Made by a program: the position numbers and the translations under genes
Shown here: one piece after another, positions 18,967 to 31,100 of the stretch
How positions within the stretch are numbered: position 1 is the stretch's first letter
Layout of the letters: every line of letters starts with the position of its first letter
From: a virus
Lineage: Duplodnaviria; Caudoviricetes
Reading direction: 5' to 3' (one strand)
IMG/VR virus record: IMGVR_UViG_3300042905_005059
Coordinates: 1 to 64,000 of that record
Length of the DNA stretch: 64,000 nucleotides
The notes under the pieces: generated by a model
Told to the model about the DNA's origin: nothing
The model's input: only the letters and a program-made list of their open reading frames with translations
Database searches by the model: none

Positions 18967-21900
18967 ATGGAATTTACTAAAGCTAAAAAAGTAGCAGTTA
19001 ACAAATCAACAAGCCATTACGATCATAATAGACTAGCGCAAGCTATAAATGAGAAAATAATGTTAGGAATCGGAGATTGCGCTTGGAGAATTTTTTATTA
19101 TGCTTATTCTACTTTTAGAGGAGTAAGAAATCCACAAGACTCTGCTTTCCCGGCTCAGGATGAATGGTTTAAATTTTATGCCAATTTAGAGCCCAAAATG
19201 ACTTGGGGCAAATTTGGATGGCCTGAAGTGCAGGCTGGAGAAGCTCAAGGAGCAAACATAGCAAACCCATTCATGGCTTGGATATTCGGCAATAAATCAA
19301 GAACAGTAAAAGCCGATGGCACAAAAGACGATACTAAAGATGGAATTCATGGATATTGGTCAGAGCCAATAAGACTAGGAGGATTAGAGATAGCTATTCC
19401 AAGGGATATGCCTAGAAATATAAGCGGAGATGCGAATCTAAACAGAGTTTGGTACGACTCTCAATTACAAAGAGGATGCGCTGCTTTTATACCTAATTAT
19501 AAATATTTGCAAAGGAATGCTCTAAGCCCGTCAACAAAAGAGCTGTCGCTTGTTTCTCTTGGAATATCAGCGGCTGCAAGAAGACATTTGAGATACGTTA
19601 CAGAAGCTCTTTCTATGGGAAGGTATGCTCCAAGCTATGTCCCAAAACCAGACGGGAAAGGTGGGGTTTTTAGAAAGAAGAACGCTGCCAAAGATCAGAT
19701 AGAGCAGGCTATATTCTATTATCTTAGTTATTTTAGAGGAACAGAAGACCAGAGAGCTAAACATAATCTTAGCGGCAAAGATGTTACTGTTGATGGTTTC
19801 GATTTCGAAACTTTCTTTTCTAGACAATTTTTATTAGCTCCAAACTATTCCCAGCCAAAGTATGAGTTGCAAGCAGATGGCAAAACCCCGAAAAGAGACA
19901 ACTTCGGTAACTATAAAATAAAATATGATTCTTTTGGTTATCCAGAACTTTTCCCAGAAGGTCCAGCCAGCTTTTATTGGTCTTACCCATTAGCATTTGA
20001 GAATAAAGAAAATATAATACAGACTCAAAACAACAATAATTTCTATTTTAGCGGTCAAACTAAAGACCAAACAGTTTTTTATACTAATCCAAATCCTTCT
20101 GTAGATAAGAATAGATTTTGTTTGTCGGCTATCTTTATTCAAACTTCAGATATAGCTGTAAGATTTACTGGTCAAGAAGGTCGGTTATTAGCAGGGATGT
20201 TTATAGATGTTTATGTAAATAATGTTATTTATGAAAGCATTCCAATGCTACAGGAAGATATATACAAAATATCAAATAGAACTGGAGTAGTAAACAATGC
20301 TAACGTATCTGAAGAAGCCCAGTATAGAATATTTCAATTCAATAAAATTCACTACTTTAAATACCCAGTTAAAGGAGAGGTAAGCTTCAAAGTAAGAGGA
20401 TCGCAAAATGTAAGCGTTCCAACCTCAAGCTCTTTTGGAACTGTATCATTAGGGTATAAGATAAAAACTCCAGAAACATCTCAGGAAAATTTCTCAATAT
20501 TTATAAAATTTGCTCATGTATTGGAAATGAAACCCAATGCAGCAGATGCTTATGTAATGATGAGAGTCGCTACTACAGAAGGGATGGGAGCTGATGCTGG
20601 GCAAATGGATCCAGTTGGCCACTTTAGATGCGATTCTGCCAAGACGGTTTTTACTAATTATATTAGATATGGAGTAGCGTATAACTTCACAAAAAACACG
20701 TTGTATCAGAATGACGCCTATGTTAGCGCAAATCCAGTATATGAATCAGCTAGAAAATTTATATCTAGCAATGTAAGAATGGCAGATAGAGTCTCTTTGG
20801 TGGATTACGAATTGAAGATTGGAGCTTCTGGGGATCAATCAATATTATATTTTAATAGATACGCAATGGGAATGAAGAATACTGGCGTTGACATATTTAG
20901 AAATATGGGGCCATCTATTAATGAAGTTGGAAATAGAAGCATGATTGGAACCAAGATAGAAACTTTTATACCAATAATAAAGGGCAAGCCATACATAGTA
21001 TTAGATCTAAATAAAAATACATCTAATTATATAATTTACATAAAAGGAAAAGTTAAAATAAAACTAAAGCACGGCTCTTCTTTTGTTGGAGGAGACTATT
21101 ATTATGTTTCTGAATATTCTGATCCATCAATTGGAGTTTACGAGCTAGATGGAATAACAAACCCATCCTTAATTCAAGATACTAAAAAAGCGAACATCTT
21201 AGTAGATAAAATAAATCAAACTTCTAATGGAAACGTGTCCAATCAGTGGGCTATGTTTATGAGTTATAATTTGTATCACCCGTCTTCTAGCTCTGCTTGG
21301 AAGCCTGATTCGTATGGAGATATATTAGGAGCTTTGAATGCGAGATGCTTAACTGCAAGCACAGCGCTAAATCCAAACGCTAGATCATCAAAAAATGTAA
21401 AAAAACATTTGGCAAGTGTCTCTTGGAAGCCAAATGATTTGCCTTTAGTTGTAGAAGGCCCATCTGGTTATAATTATATAGAGTCAGCAAATTCATATGT
21501 AGGATTCTCAGATTGGAATGGAAATGTAAAATACCCACAGAATTTTGCAGCTAGTTGTCCAATTTATCAGAGTCCTTATTTAATAAACTCTATAGAAAGA
21601 GCGAACCCTTACGATCCAAAAAGCGATATAGTTAAAGTAACTTTAAATACAAGACTCAGAAGCGCGGATAGTTTTAGATTTAGAGGCAAACTTAGCGAAG
21701 ATATAAATTCTTGGAATTATGCATATAGCGACTACGAAAGAAGACCTTATCGTACAGATGAGAACGCTTTAGTGGATTATTTAGTGCATCTTTTGGCTGG
21801 TAAGTCGTGTCCTAGAAATGTTGTTGGAGACATATCTATGAGCAATAAATCATTTTGGACTAGCCACAGGCCATTTGGATGCTGTTATCCAAGATTTTAT

Positions 21901-22194
21901 TTTGTTAAACTAGTTCCTTTTGTATCGGCTGGAACAGTCATGTATTCAGATCATTATAGACAAATTGAATATTATTTAAGAGCCATGTGCAATGGCTTTG
22001 TGAATAAAGGATCAGAAATGAGTGCAGAAGAAGTAATTTCAGCAATACAAAACGGAGAAACTGGTTTGAATTATGAAGGAGGATTAGACTCTGCTGTAGG
22101 GGATTATTTATTTGAAGATCTAATGAGAAACAGTTATGATAATTCAAGCCAAAATAGCGTTGGCGTTACTCCAAATGTAGTAGGAAGACAATAA
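18967..22194 (+). CDS. Large hypothetical virion protein (1075 aa)
   Basis: Long ORF rich in Tyr/Phe/Trp/Pro; no motif recognised. Confidence 0.7.
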   Translation: MEFTKAKKVAVNKSTSHYDHNRLAQAINEKIMLGIGDCAWRIFYYAYSTFRGVRNPQDSAFPAQDEWFKFYANLEPKMTWGKFGWPEVQAGEAQGANIANPFMAWIFGNKSRTVKADGTKDDTKDGIHGYWSEPIRLGGLEIAIPRDMPRNISGDANLNRVWYDSQLQRGCAAFIPNYKYLQRNALSPSTKELSLVSLGISAAARRHLRYVTEALSMGRYAPSYVPKPDGKGGVFRKKNAAKDQIEQAIFYYLSYFRGTEDQRAKHNLSGKDVTVDGFDFETFFSRQFLLAPNYSQPKYELQADGKTPKRDNFGNYKIKYDSFGYPELFPEGPASFYWSYPLAFENKENIIQTQNNNNFYFSGQTKDQTVFYTNPNPSVDKNRFCLSAIFIQTSDIAVRFTGQEGRLLAGMFIDVYVNNVIYESIPMLQEDIYKISNRTGVVNNANVSEEAQYRIFQFNKIHYFKYPVKGEVSFKVRGSQNVSVPTSSSFGTVSLGYKIKTPETSQENFSIFIKFAHVLEMKPNAADAYVMMRVATTEGMGADAGQMDPVGHFRCDSAKTVFTNYIRYGVAYNFTKNTLYQNDAYVSANPVYESARKFISSNVRMADRVSLVDYELKIGASGDQSILYFNRYAMGMKNTGVDIFRNMGPSINEVGNRSMIGTKIETFIPIIKGKPYIVLDLNKNTSNYIIYIKGKVKIKLKHGSSFVGGDYYYVSEYSDPSIGVYELDGITNPSLIQDTKKANILVDKINQTSNGNVSNQWAMFMSYNLYHPSSSSAWKPDSYGDILGALNARCLTASTALNPNARSSKNVKKHLASVSWKPNDLPLVVEGPSGYNYIESANSYVGFSDWNGNVKYPQNFAASCPIYQSPYLINSIERANPYDPKSDIVKVTLNTRLRSADSFRFRGKLSEDINSWNYAYSDYERRPYRTDENALVDYLVHLLAGKSCPRNVVGDISMSNKSFWTSHRPFGCCYPRFYFVKLVPFVSAGTVMYSDHYRQIEYYLRAMCNGFVNKGSEMSAEEVISAIQNGETGLNYEGGLDSAVGDYLFEDLMRNSYDNSSQNSVGVTPNVVGRQ

Positions 22195-22195
22195 T

Positions 22196-25100
22196 ATGAG
22201 CGTGATAGCAGATAACAAATCTTTCGTTTCAAATGCGGCTGGAGTGGGCTCTCCAGATTTCGATAAAGCTACTTTTGGAATTTGGGTGTCTTTCTTTCAG
22301 CATGTCAACTACAGCAAAAATGGATACACTGATCCACAGCCGCTTGTAGAAGATATCGTGGCTTCGCAGTTTACTGTAACCGGAAAGAGGTTCTCTATAG
22401 TATCGCCTGATGGCAAAGCCCCAAAGGCAAGATTTTTCTTAACTTCTGGCATAAAGGGAATAAATGGATACGATTCTCTAGATGCAATTTCAGAAATAAC
22501 AAACACTTATATATCTGGATATAAACCAGAAATACTCCTGCCAGATCTTGATTTTACTGGCAAGATCTTCAGAAGAACAGAAATAGAGTCTACTTCTAAA
22601 TCTCCTGTTTCAAATAATAATGTATCGGGTATCGCAGCAGAAGACTGGCAGCAAACAAATATCTCATTAAATGTAACAAATACAGAAGAAAATTTTGCAT
22701 ACATAGACTCAGGATATATTCCTTATTCAAATGAAGTAAATACTAGATATAAATTTTTATACGATGACAGTAGTAAGTCTATAGAGTCTAATTTTTCTAG
22801 TTTTGAATTACCGATTCAATTAGAGCAGGGCGCTGTATTTAAGTATAGAATTAGCAGAAAAAGCGAGCCTCTCGGGCAGTCTTATTTCGTAGATCTTACT
22901 GCTGATGGTAAAGGTGTCATAGATTATTCTAAATATAAAGATGAAGTTTCTGGATTTTTAGATGGCTCTTTGTCTTATGACTTTGAGAATATAGCTACGA
23001 TTAGTGTAGGAAAAGGTGAGTTTCTAGATGATTCAAATAAAACTAATATAATTAAAGAAATACAAAATGATCACTATTCAGGGTATTTAAAGATATCTAA
23101 GTCTACTGCCGCAGATGGCGCAGAGATGTATAATTTCGATTTGGTTTCTGATAGTGAAGAATTCAATGATATATATAGAGTCGGAATAAGCTTAGATATA
23201 TTCAAATTAAACTCTAAGGAAGGCATAACTGGATATGTAATGTCTTCTTATAATATGGGTGATGGCTCTTCGACAAAGACAATAGCACTGGCTCAAGGAG
23301 ATTCTGTTTATCCAAGAGTCTCTGAAGATGGAAAAGTTTATAGAAGTAATAGCGTAAAAGACTTAGTAAATATAGAGCAAATATTAGAATCAGAAACATT
23401 CGCTCAGAATGTTGAGCTTCAACAAACCGCCGGAGAAGAGTCGGAAAGCGTAGTAGGTAAAAAAATGGAAAACTATTTTGAAGCCTTAACTGACGCATTG
23501 AATGATAAGTTTGGAGAAGAGGCTGTAGCAGAAGATGAGTCTGATGTAATAAATATTAAAAATGCTATTGAAATTAAAGACGCTCAAAATTTACTGGATG
23601 AAAATTCTAGCATAATTAGAAATGAAACCGCGCTGCCTGCATTCCAGTTGCCTAAAAAATTAATAACTAGCGACTTTTATTCTAACTATTTGAACTCTGG
23701 AGAGAAGTATGTTGCTGTGCCTCTGTCTAAATATAGTCTTTTTTCTAGTTTAGCTTATGGAGACTCTTATGGAATATTAGGAGTTGATATTTCGGAAAAA
23801 ATTAGAACGGTTTATAATTCTACTTGCGAAGGAATTTATATTGATGAAGTTTCTTTCTGCAGGGGAGATACTGCTACTCAAAAATTTAAATCTCCAGTTT
23901 CTAATGAAATATCTTACTCCAAAGGATCTGTCACGGAAATTCCTTACTCTAATGGAATAATTAGAAAAGAAAATTACGAAAATCAACTTAGCTGGCAAAA
24001 CGCTATAAATTATTACTATACTAAAAACTATGTAGCGTCTTTTGATGTATACCCATCACTCTCAGAGCTAGAACTTAAGAATTTATTCGATCAAGCCGTA
24101 GAAAATGTAAAAAATGCCATTCAAGGATCAAATACAAATATCTCTTCAGCCAACTCTTTCTTAGCTAAAGGAGGAGTGGAGCCAAGAATATTCGTAGAGA
24201 GAGAAATATATACGGAAGATTACAGTCCAAATCAAGATCAAGAATTATCTAAGATATTATCTGCAGGAATAAATGTTCCAGATCCTACAGATATATCTAC
24301 TGAAAAAGAAGAAAAATTATACTGCGTACAAAATTATGATGTTTCTGATTTCGTAAGGAATAAGCAGACTTTCTTTTATCCAGTGCAGAATTACAATGAA
24401 ACAATAATATTTGATTCATTTGTCCCAAATTCTGAAATTCATAGCTATACTATAGCAGATCAGTCTACTTTTGGGGTCGTTCTTTTTGCAGATAAAAACC
24501 CAAGCCCTAAAAAAATATTCAGAGTAGAAAGCGTGATTGGCGGCGGATCAACATTTAGCTATTCTAATTTTTCTTCTTCTCAAGCTTGGAATGGCCTAGA
24601 TGGAGGAACCATAACCATCACCAATCAAGACACTCAAAAATATGGTTATCATCTTTACACTTATACTAATAGTACAGATGCACTAGTTTTAGCTAAGAGC
24701 AATGTGCGTAATGGAGAAATAGCAGACACTAGTTTGGCAAATGCGGTGGTAATAAAATTTAATAAAGAAAATTTTGTATCTAATCCAAGCTCTACTAAAG
24801 AAATAGACTCAGAAGGAAAAGAAATTGAATACTTCTCTTTATTTTTGTCAGCAGTAGATTCTAATGGGAACGTATACGACGCTACAAAAGTTAAAATTAA
24901 CGTACAAATATATAACTACAGCCTTTCTCCTCCAAAAGAAGTTAATCAATGGTATATCTTTAATAAGAATCCCATTAACGATAACTCATATGGCATAAAA
25001 GAAAACGATCAAGAAATCAAGCCGAGATTTTTTGAAGACTCGTCTGAGGAAACCAAGGCGATGGCGCAGCAGCTTTTCTTTTTTCCAAATGGGCCATGCA

Positions 25101-28100
25101 CTTCTAAAAATTACGAAGGCTCGCCAATTAGCGCCGGAGCTAAGAATGGTTTAGCAAATGGACTTTTCGAAAACAATATATTAATAACAGAAGAAAGAGG
25201 GTTCACTTCTACTTACGAATCGAATAGTTGTTTAGACGTACTAGAAAATGGAATAATAAATAAACAAAAATCTCCAGCGGCAGGAACTAGCTCTGTACTT
25301 TTTTCAAGCGTCAAAAGATTAAAAATTACAAAAGTAAAATATAATTTTTACGCTAAAGATCTAATTTTAATTGGAGACGCAGGCTTTCCAAATTCTAAAG
25401 ATTTTAACTATGGTTGGCAATTCAAATTGCAATATAGAGACAAAGGTTCTTCAGCAGATTGGGGCACATTAGAAGAGAAAGGTCCATTTAATACTTCTGA
25501 GATAACGACTCAGTTCTATCAAATTTCCCCATACTATGGGCTGCTGGGGGCTTTAAATTCTCCATATTATTTGGAAATGATCGCGTTCAAAACAAATATT
25601 CCTTTGTTTTTGGATGACAGTAATTATGAATTTAGGATTGCTAAATATGAAAAACTTGCAGTATTCTCTTCTGATCTAGATGTAATTAAGAAAGTAAATT
25701 TTATACCAATAAAAGTGCAATGGACAGCAGATCCAGATTGCCAATATTATAATATATATCAAAAAGATAGCGGCAATAATTTGACATTCTTAGCCACAGA
25801 GAACACGAGAAATAATTTGTCTTATGCTGTTCCTGATGTGAAGCAGTCTTATATAGACTTAGGCCCAGCAAATTTTGGTTCTCCGAATTTTTCTGGTTAT
25901 TATGACATAAGAGTTTCCGGAATAGTTCCTAGCGTTAAAGAAACTTCGAACTCTATTTCTTCACAATATGGTTTTGATGTTGGAGATTCTAATGCTCAAT
26001 TCTTAATCAATAAAATTAGCAATGAGGCCAATTCTGCATTTGCCAAACAAATTAATAATCCTACATACACTCCATTAATTAATTTTAATAATCCAGAGTC
26101 TAAGAATTCTGCATTTACAATCAATCAAAATTATAATAAGTACTATTTCGTATCTAATAGTGCAAGCGCTTCTTTGGAAGGGCTGTCGAATATAGGTTTT
26201 GAAGGATACGTTGCTAACACTGGAGCTTCTAGTTGTTCAGTAGGAGCCCAATCTGTATCTTCTAATAACGTAGCATCTATATCTAATAATGGCGTGGTTA
26301 CAACAAGTTCTTTGCAGTCTTTGCCTTCTGCGGCTTTAGATTTAAAAGACACTGAAGATGATCAATGTTTATATCTTATTTCTGGCGTTACTATTTCTAA
26401 CTCTACATCTATAAATAGAGTATTAAATATTGTTAATGATAGCTCGTCGTCTATAGCGATCACTTATAATGGAACAATAACAATACAGGCTAACACAACA
26501 GCGCAGATATCGTTCTTATCTTCTAGCGCGTCTGTTACTTTTACTAGAAACAACATAACTGCTCAAGATGATGTAATAAGCTATCCATCAGTTGGGCTTG
26601 TAAATATAAATCACTCAAGGGTGAATTTGGATCCATCTAATCCATCTAGCAATTTTCCTATTTATAATGTTTCTAATAGTAAGCTTTCTGTAAATGGAGC
26701 TTTAGATTTAAATGCGAAATCTTTCAATGTAGTAAATTGGAATGGCTCAACAGCCTCAAATTCGCAAAAGAACATATTTGACTCAATCAAGATTTTTATA
26801 TTAGGAACTGAGCTAGAATCAGAAAGAATAACTCTTCTAAAAGATGACACAGATATAATTATATCTAACTTCCAAGGCGCAGAAGGCGTTTCAGAAGAAT
26901 ACTTCTTCATAAAAGATGAAACTATTACAAGATATTTTAATATTAATATCATCAATGGATCGTCTACATACGAGCTGCCAATAAAAAATCAAGATTTTAA
27001 GCTTACGGTTTATAAACGTAATTCTGTAATAACATATTCAATCTTGTACCCATCAGACTCTCCATTCTTTAATATTTCTAATAATACGGAGCAATTGATA
27101 TTATTGACGAGAAATAATGTTCAAAACATAGATCTAAACTATCTTGAGGCTTCTATTCCAAAGCAATCTTTTATTTATATTGTAAACAAAAGCCAATCGG
27201 AAATAAGCTTTTATAAAGGCGACATAACTCAATCAGTTTATACTGTTTCTCCAAACCAAATAGCTAGAGCTTCTATCTCTACAATTGGAGACGCCAATGG
27301 GATAAAGATAGATATAATAGATTCCGCCTATAGTCATTTTGTATTTAATATTGATGCAGCTACTCATCTAAGTGATTCTATTAATATTCTAGATCTTAAT
27401 TTCTGTGGAACTTCGATTACTACTCCTTCCGCTTCTTCTTTCGCTTCAAAGAATACTTTCTTGCTGTGTAGAAATAGGTCTATTCCAAATAAAATAGACA
27501 ATCAATTTATTTCTGCCGAAGCTGGGCTAATAAATGATCAAGATGACCCATCTACAAATGAGTTAAATGAGATAGGCCAGCTATCTGCAAATTCTATATC
27601 TTTATCTTTGTATAGAAAAAATGTCTCTGATACTTTACCTACTTTAGAAAGAACAAGCTTCATAAATCAAGGCCTCCTAGGCTCAGAAAGCAGCGTAGAA
27701 GATTCAGTATCTGCTTTCTTCTATATTAAAGATGATAATTTAAAGCATTTTTCAATAAGAGATTTTTATAATAGAAAGAGTTCTTACTCAGGAAAAGTGT
27801 TTCTACCTTCGCCTAGAGAAATCAGGATCAATTCTTTTGACGACAATCATTTTTTAAGAATAAAATCTCAATCAATATCTTTTGATTATTCTCCTGATAC
27901 ATATGTTAATGGAAGACTTTATTCTCAAGATGCTAAAGACTCTGCTATAATAAGCAGAGACACAGAGAAAGCGTCTACGACAAAAACTTTCCCTAACGCT
28001 TTAAATAGCGATCAAATTTTAATTAATTTTTCTTATGATACAGTCAACGTAACTGTCTCTAGCGTTTCTAAAACTATAAAAAAGAATAGATTAATCAAAA

Positions 28101-31100
28101 ATGATACTGGTGATTTAGTTTATCCAGTTTATAATAATAAAGAGTTTTTCATAGCTGACTCAAATTCTGATAGAAAAAATACTGTTACCGCAGGTGGCAC
28201 AACTTTATTTTACCAAATAATAGGAAAAGAGATAGACGTAGAATCTATAGTATTGCCAGATATATCTGCTGTAATAACATATGTAATAAAGAACTCTTCT
28301 TCAAGAACGTATCCAGTATACACATTGAGAGGAATTCTAGTACATAATTTAGCGCCAAATACTCAAAAAGAATTTGTATATAATGGATCATCTTATGACG
28401 CTAATAATAATTCAGTGCCATATGGGGATAATCTTTCTTTCACTTCCATAAAAACTGAAAATCAAATTTTAGAGGTTGACTTATCTCATCCTTTGTCTTC
28501 CCTTTGGCCTTCAGGGTTTTCTGTAAATGCAATAAGAGAAAGCTTTATAGTAGAAGATTCTATAGAACTTATTATAGATGGGTCTTCTTATCAATACGCT
28601 ATATTTGATGTTTTAGATACTGTTCCAGCGGATTCTAGCAGGGTGGTTTACTGTTACGGAAGAAAGCCGGGAATTTTAGATATAGGAGATAATAAATATC
28701 TAGTAAATGCATTTTATTTATACTTAATCTTTAATGGAACTATAGTTAAAGAAAACGAATTTTACACTACTGGTGATGGCATTAATACTGCGGCGGTCTA
28801 TCCATTATCAGTAATAGAATATAAGCATACAGATCTGTTAAAATTTTTACCAACTTATCAATCTGTTATAAGTTTGCCAAATGTAATATTAATTCCTTTG
28901 GCATCTCAATTGGTTCATTATTATTTGCCAAATCTAAGTGTTGTTTACAGCGATGGGTCTCAAAATTATACTTTAGGATCTTTGTTATCTGGCAAAAAGA
29001 TAGTCTTTGTCAATACTGTAAAAACAAATTCTGGAGCTGAAAATAAAGTAACAAACTATAATGGCGCAGCTACTGAATCTTTGGAAGATGTAAACTCTGT
29101 CGTAATGTACGAGATATCTGGGGGTCAATGGGTGAAGTCTACGTCTGGAGTTCCAGTTGTAAAGCCTGTCTATCCAACTCTAGACAGAGTTAAAGGCTTG
29201 TCTTTGACTCAGACTAGCGAAATTGCAGATGGAAGAGAGTTTGTTTATTTGCCAAATTTTAGCAGATTCAATGTAACAGTTGATAGTTTTACAGACAAAG
29301 AATTAAAAAACTTCTACGTTTTAAATAGCGCTTCCAATAGGGTATTTATAAATTCTAACCAGTCTATGTTGAGTTCTAGTAGATTTATGAAGATTTACAG
29401 GAACTTAACTGCGGACTCTTTCGACTCTCAAGATTTAGAGATAGGAGGAACTGCTTCTTTCGTTTCTGTAGAAATCGAGTTGTCTCAAAATAAGGTAGTA
29501 GATGATGTTGTCGCCGAAAAATATCCAAATTTAAAGTTTGGCACATCTTTAAAAGCGACTGCAATATACGGAACAGGAAGCGGCAGAACAAAGTATACCC
29601 ATTTTTATAGGTATGGCACATCTGGAGCCCCAGCAAAACCAATAATAAAAAATGAATCTTTTGCAGATTTAGATTTATTTAACTTAAAGAGCTACTCGCC
29701 AAATGATAAGCTCTTTGTTTATGGTTCGAGTAATGTGAATGCGGAGGGCGTTTCTTTTGATTCTTATGATTTAAGAGTTTTGAAGTCAGACTCTTTGAGT
29801 GGAGAAAAGTTCTACATTTATAACAACTCTAGTGTATTCTTGAGAGTATTTTTCAAGGAAAGCGATTCAGGCTTATCTTCAGATTCCATTGCGATACCTT
29901 CTAAGAGAATGGTAGAAATCTCTGATAACGCAGTGTTTTTAGAATATCATGAGAAAGGAAAGTTCTACATTAGTTCTAAGAAATTAAATAAAACATATAT
30001 AAATAAAATAGATTTGCCAATCTTTGTTGACGCTTTCCCAGATTATAAGTCTTTGACGGGCGTGATAGAAGCTATTCAAGTTACAAATTCAATAAGTTCT
30101 ATAGTGTTATCTTTAAGTAAGTATAAAGAAAAAGCAATTTTCTACTATACTGATGGAGTAAATAAGTTTCAGATAGATTTCGATAACAATTCCTCGCTTA
30201 ATTTACCAACATTTGAAAGCTTTTATTTGAAGTCTGTATCCATAATAAATATTAAAAAACCAATCTATTCAATTTCTAGCTCGGGCCATTATATTTTAAA
30301 TAATTCAAATGTTCAAATCGAGGTGGACTGCGGATCTTTATCTCAATCTTTATTTTTAGTAAATAATTGCGCTGAGAATATATTAGTCACGACAGTGGTT
30401 TCTTCAGTAAGAAAAAATATTCTATTGTATAGAAATACAGTGTTAATTTTAAATTCTAGTGGAGCTTCTAGATATATTAAAAAAGCTAAAAGAAGAGACG
30501 ACTTCTATTGTGTTTTTAATCCCAAAACAGCCATATCGACTCAAAATGAAATCTCTTTCGTAAATGCTATAGAAAGAAATCTAGATGTGCAGCCAATTTT
30601 AAATGATAATGGCGTCGAGCAGCAATCTTATATAAAATTATTATCCAGATATGGCTCTTCTACTACAATTTACTTGTCTTTAACGGACTATTACAATGGA
30701 CTAGATGTTCCAACAGACTCTCAAGAAGGAATAGTTGCCTATGAAGTCGGCATAGGTCATGAAACTATAAGTAAGTTTTTATTTTTTGACCCTTCTAAGT
30801 CTACATATACTTTGCCCGGAATAGTTGATGGAGAAACATATAGAGTAGATATAGACTACGCTTTGTTTGATAACATTTCAAATTTAAATGGGCAGGATAC
30901 TCTAAAAGAAGACCAAAATCCTTATGTGATTTATAATGGTGAAAAGTATTACAACAATGAAATAATAAAAGGTTCTTATATGTCTTTTTATGAAGTGAAG
31001 TACCCAAACTACGTAAGGGTATTTAAGGTAACAGAAGATCAGCCTTTAGTAGAAGATTCAGTGGCTAAAGAATCTGACTTAGATGAGTCTATTCAGGAAG

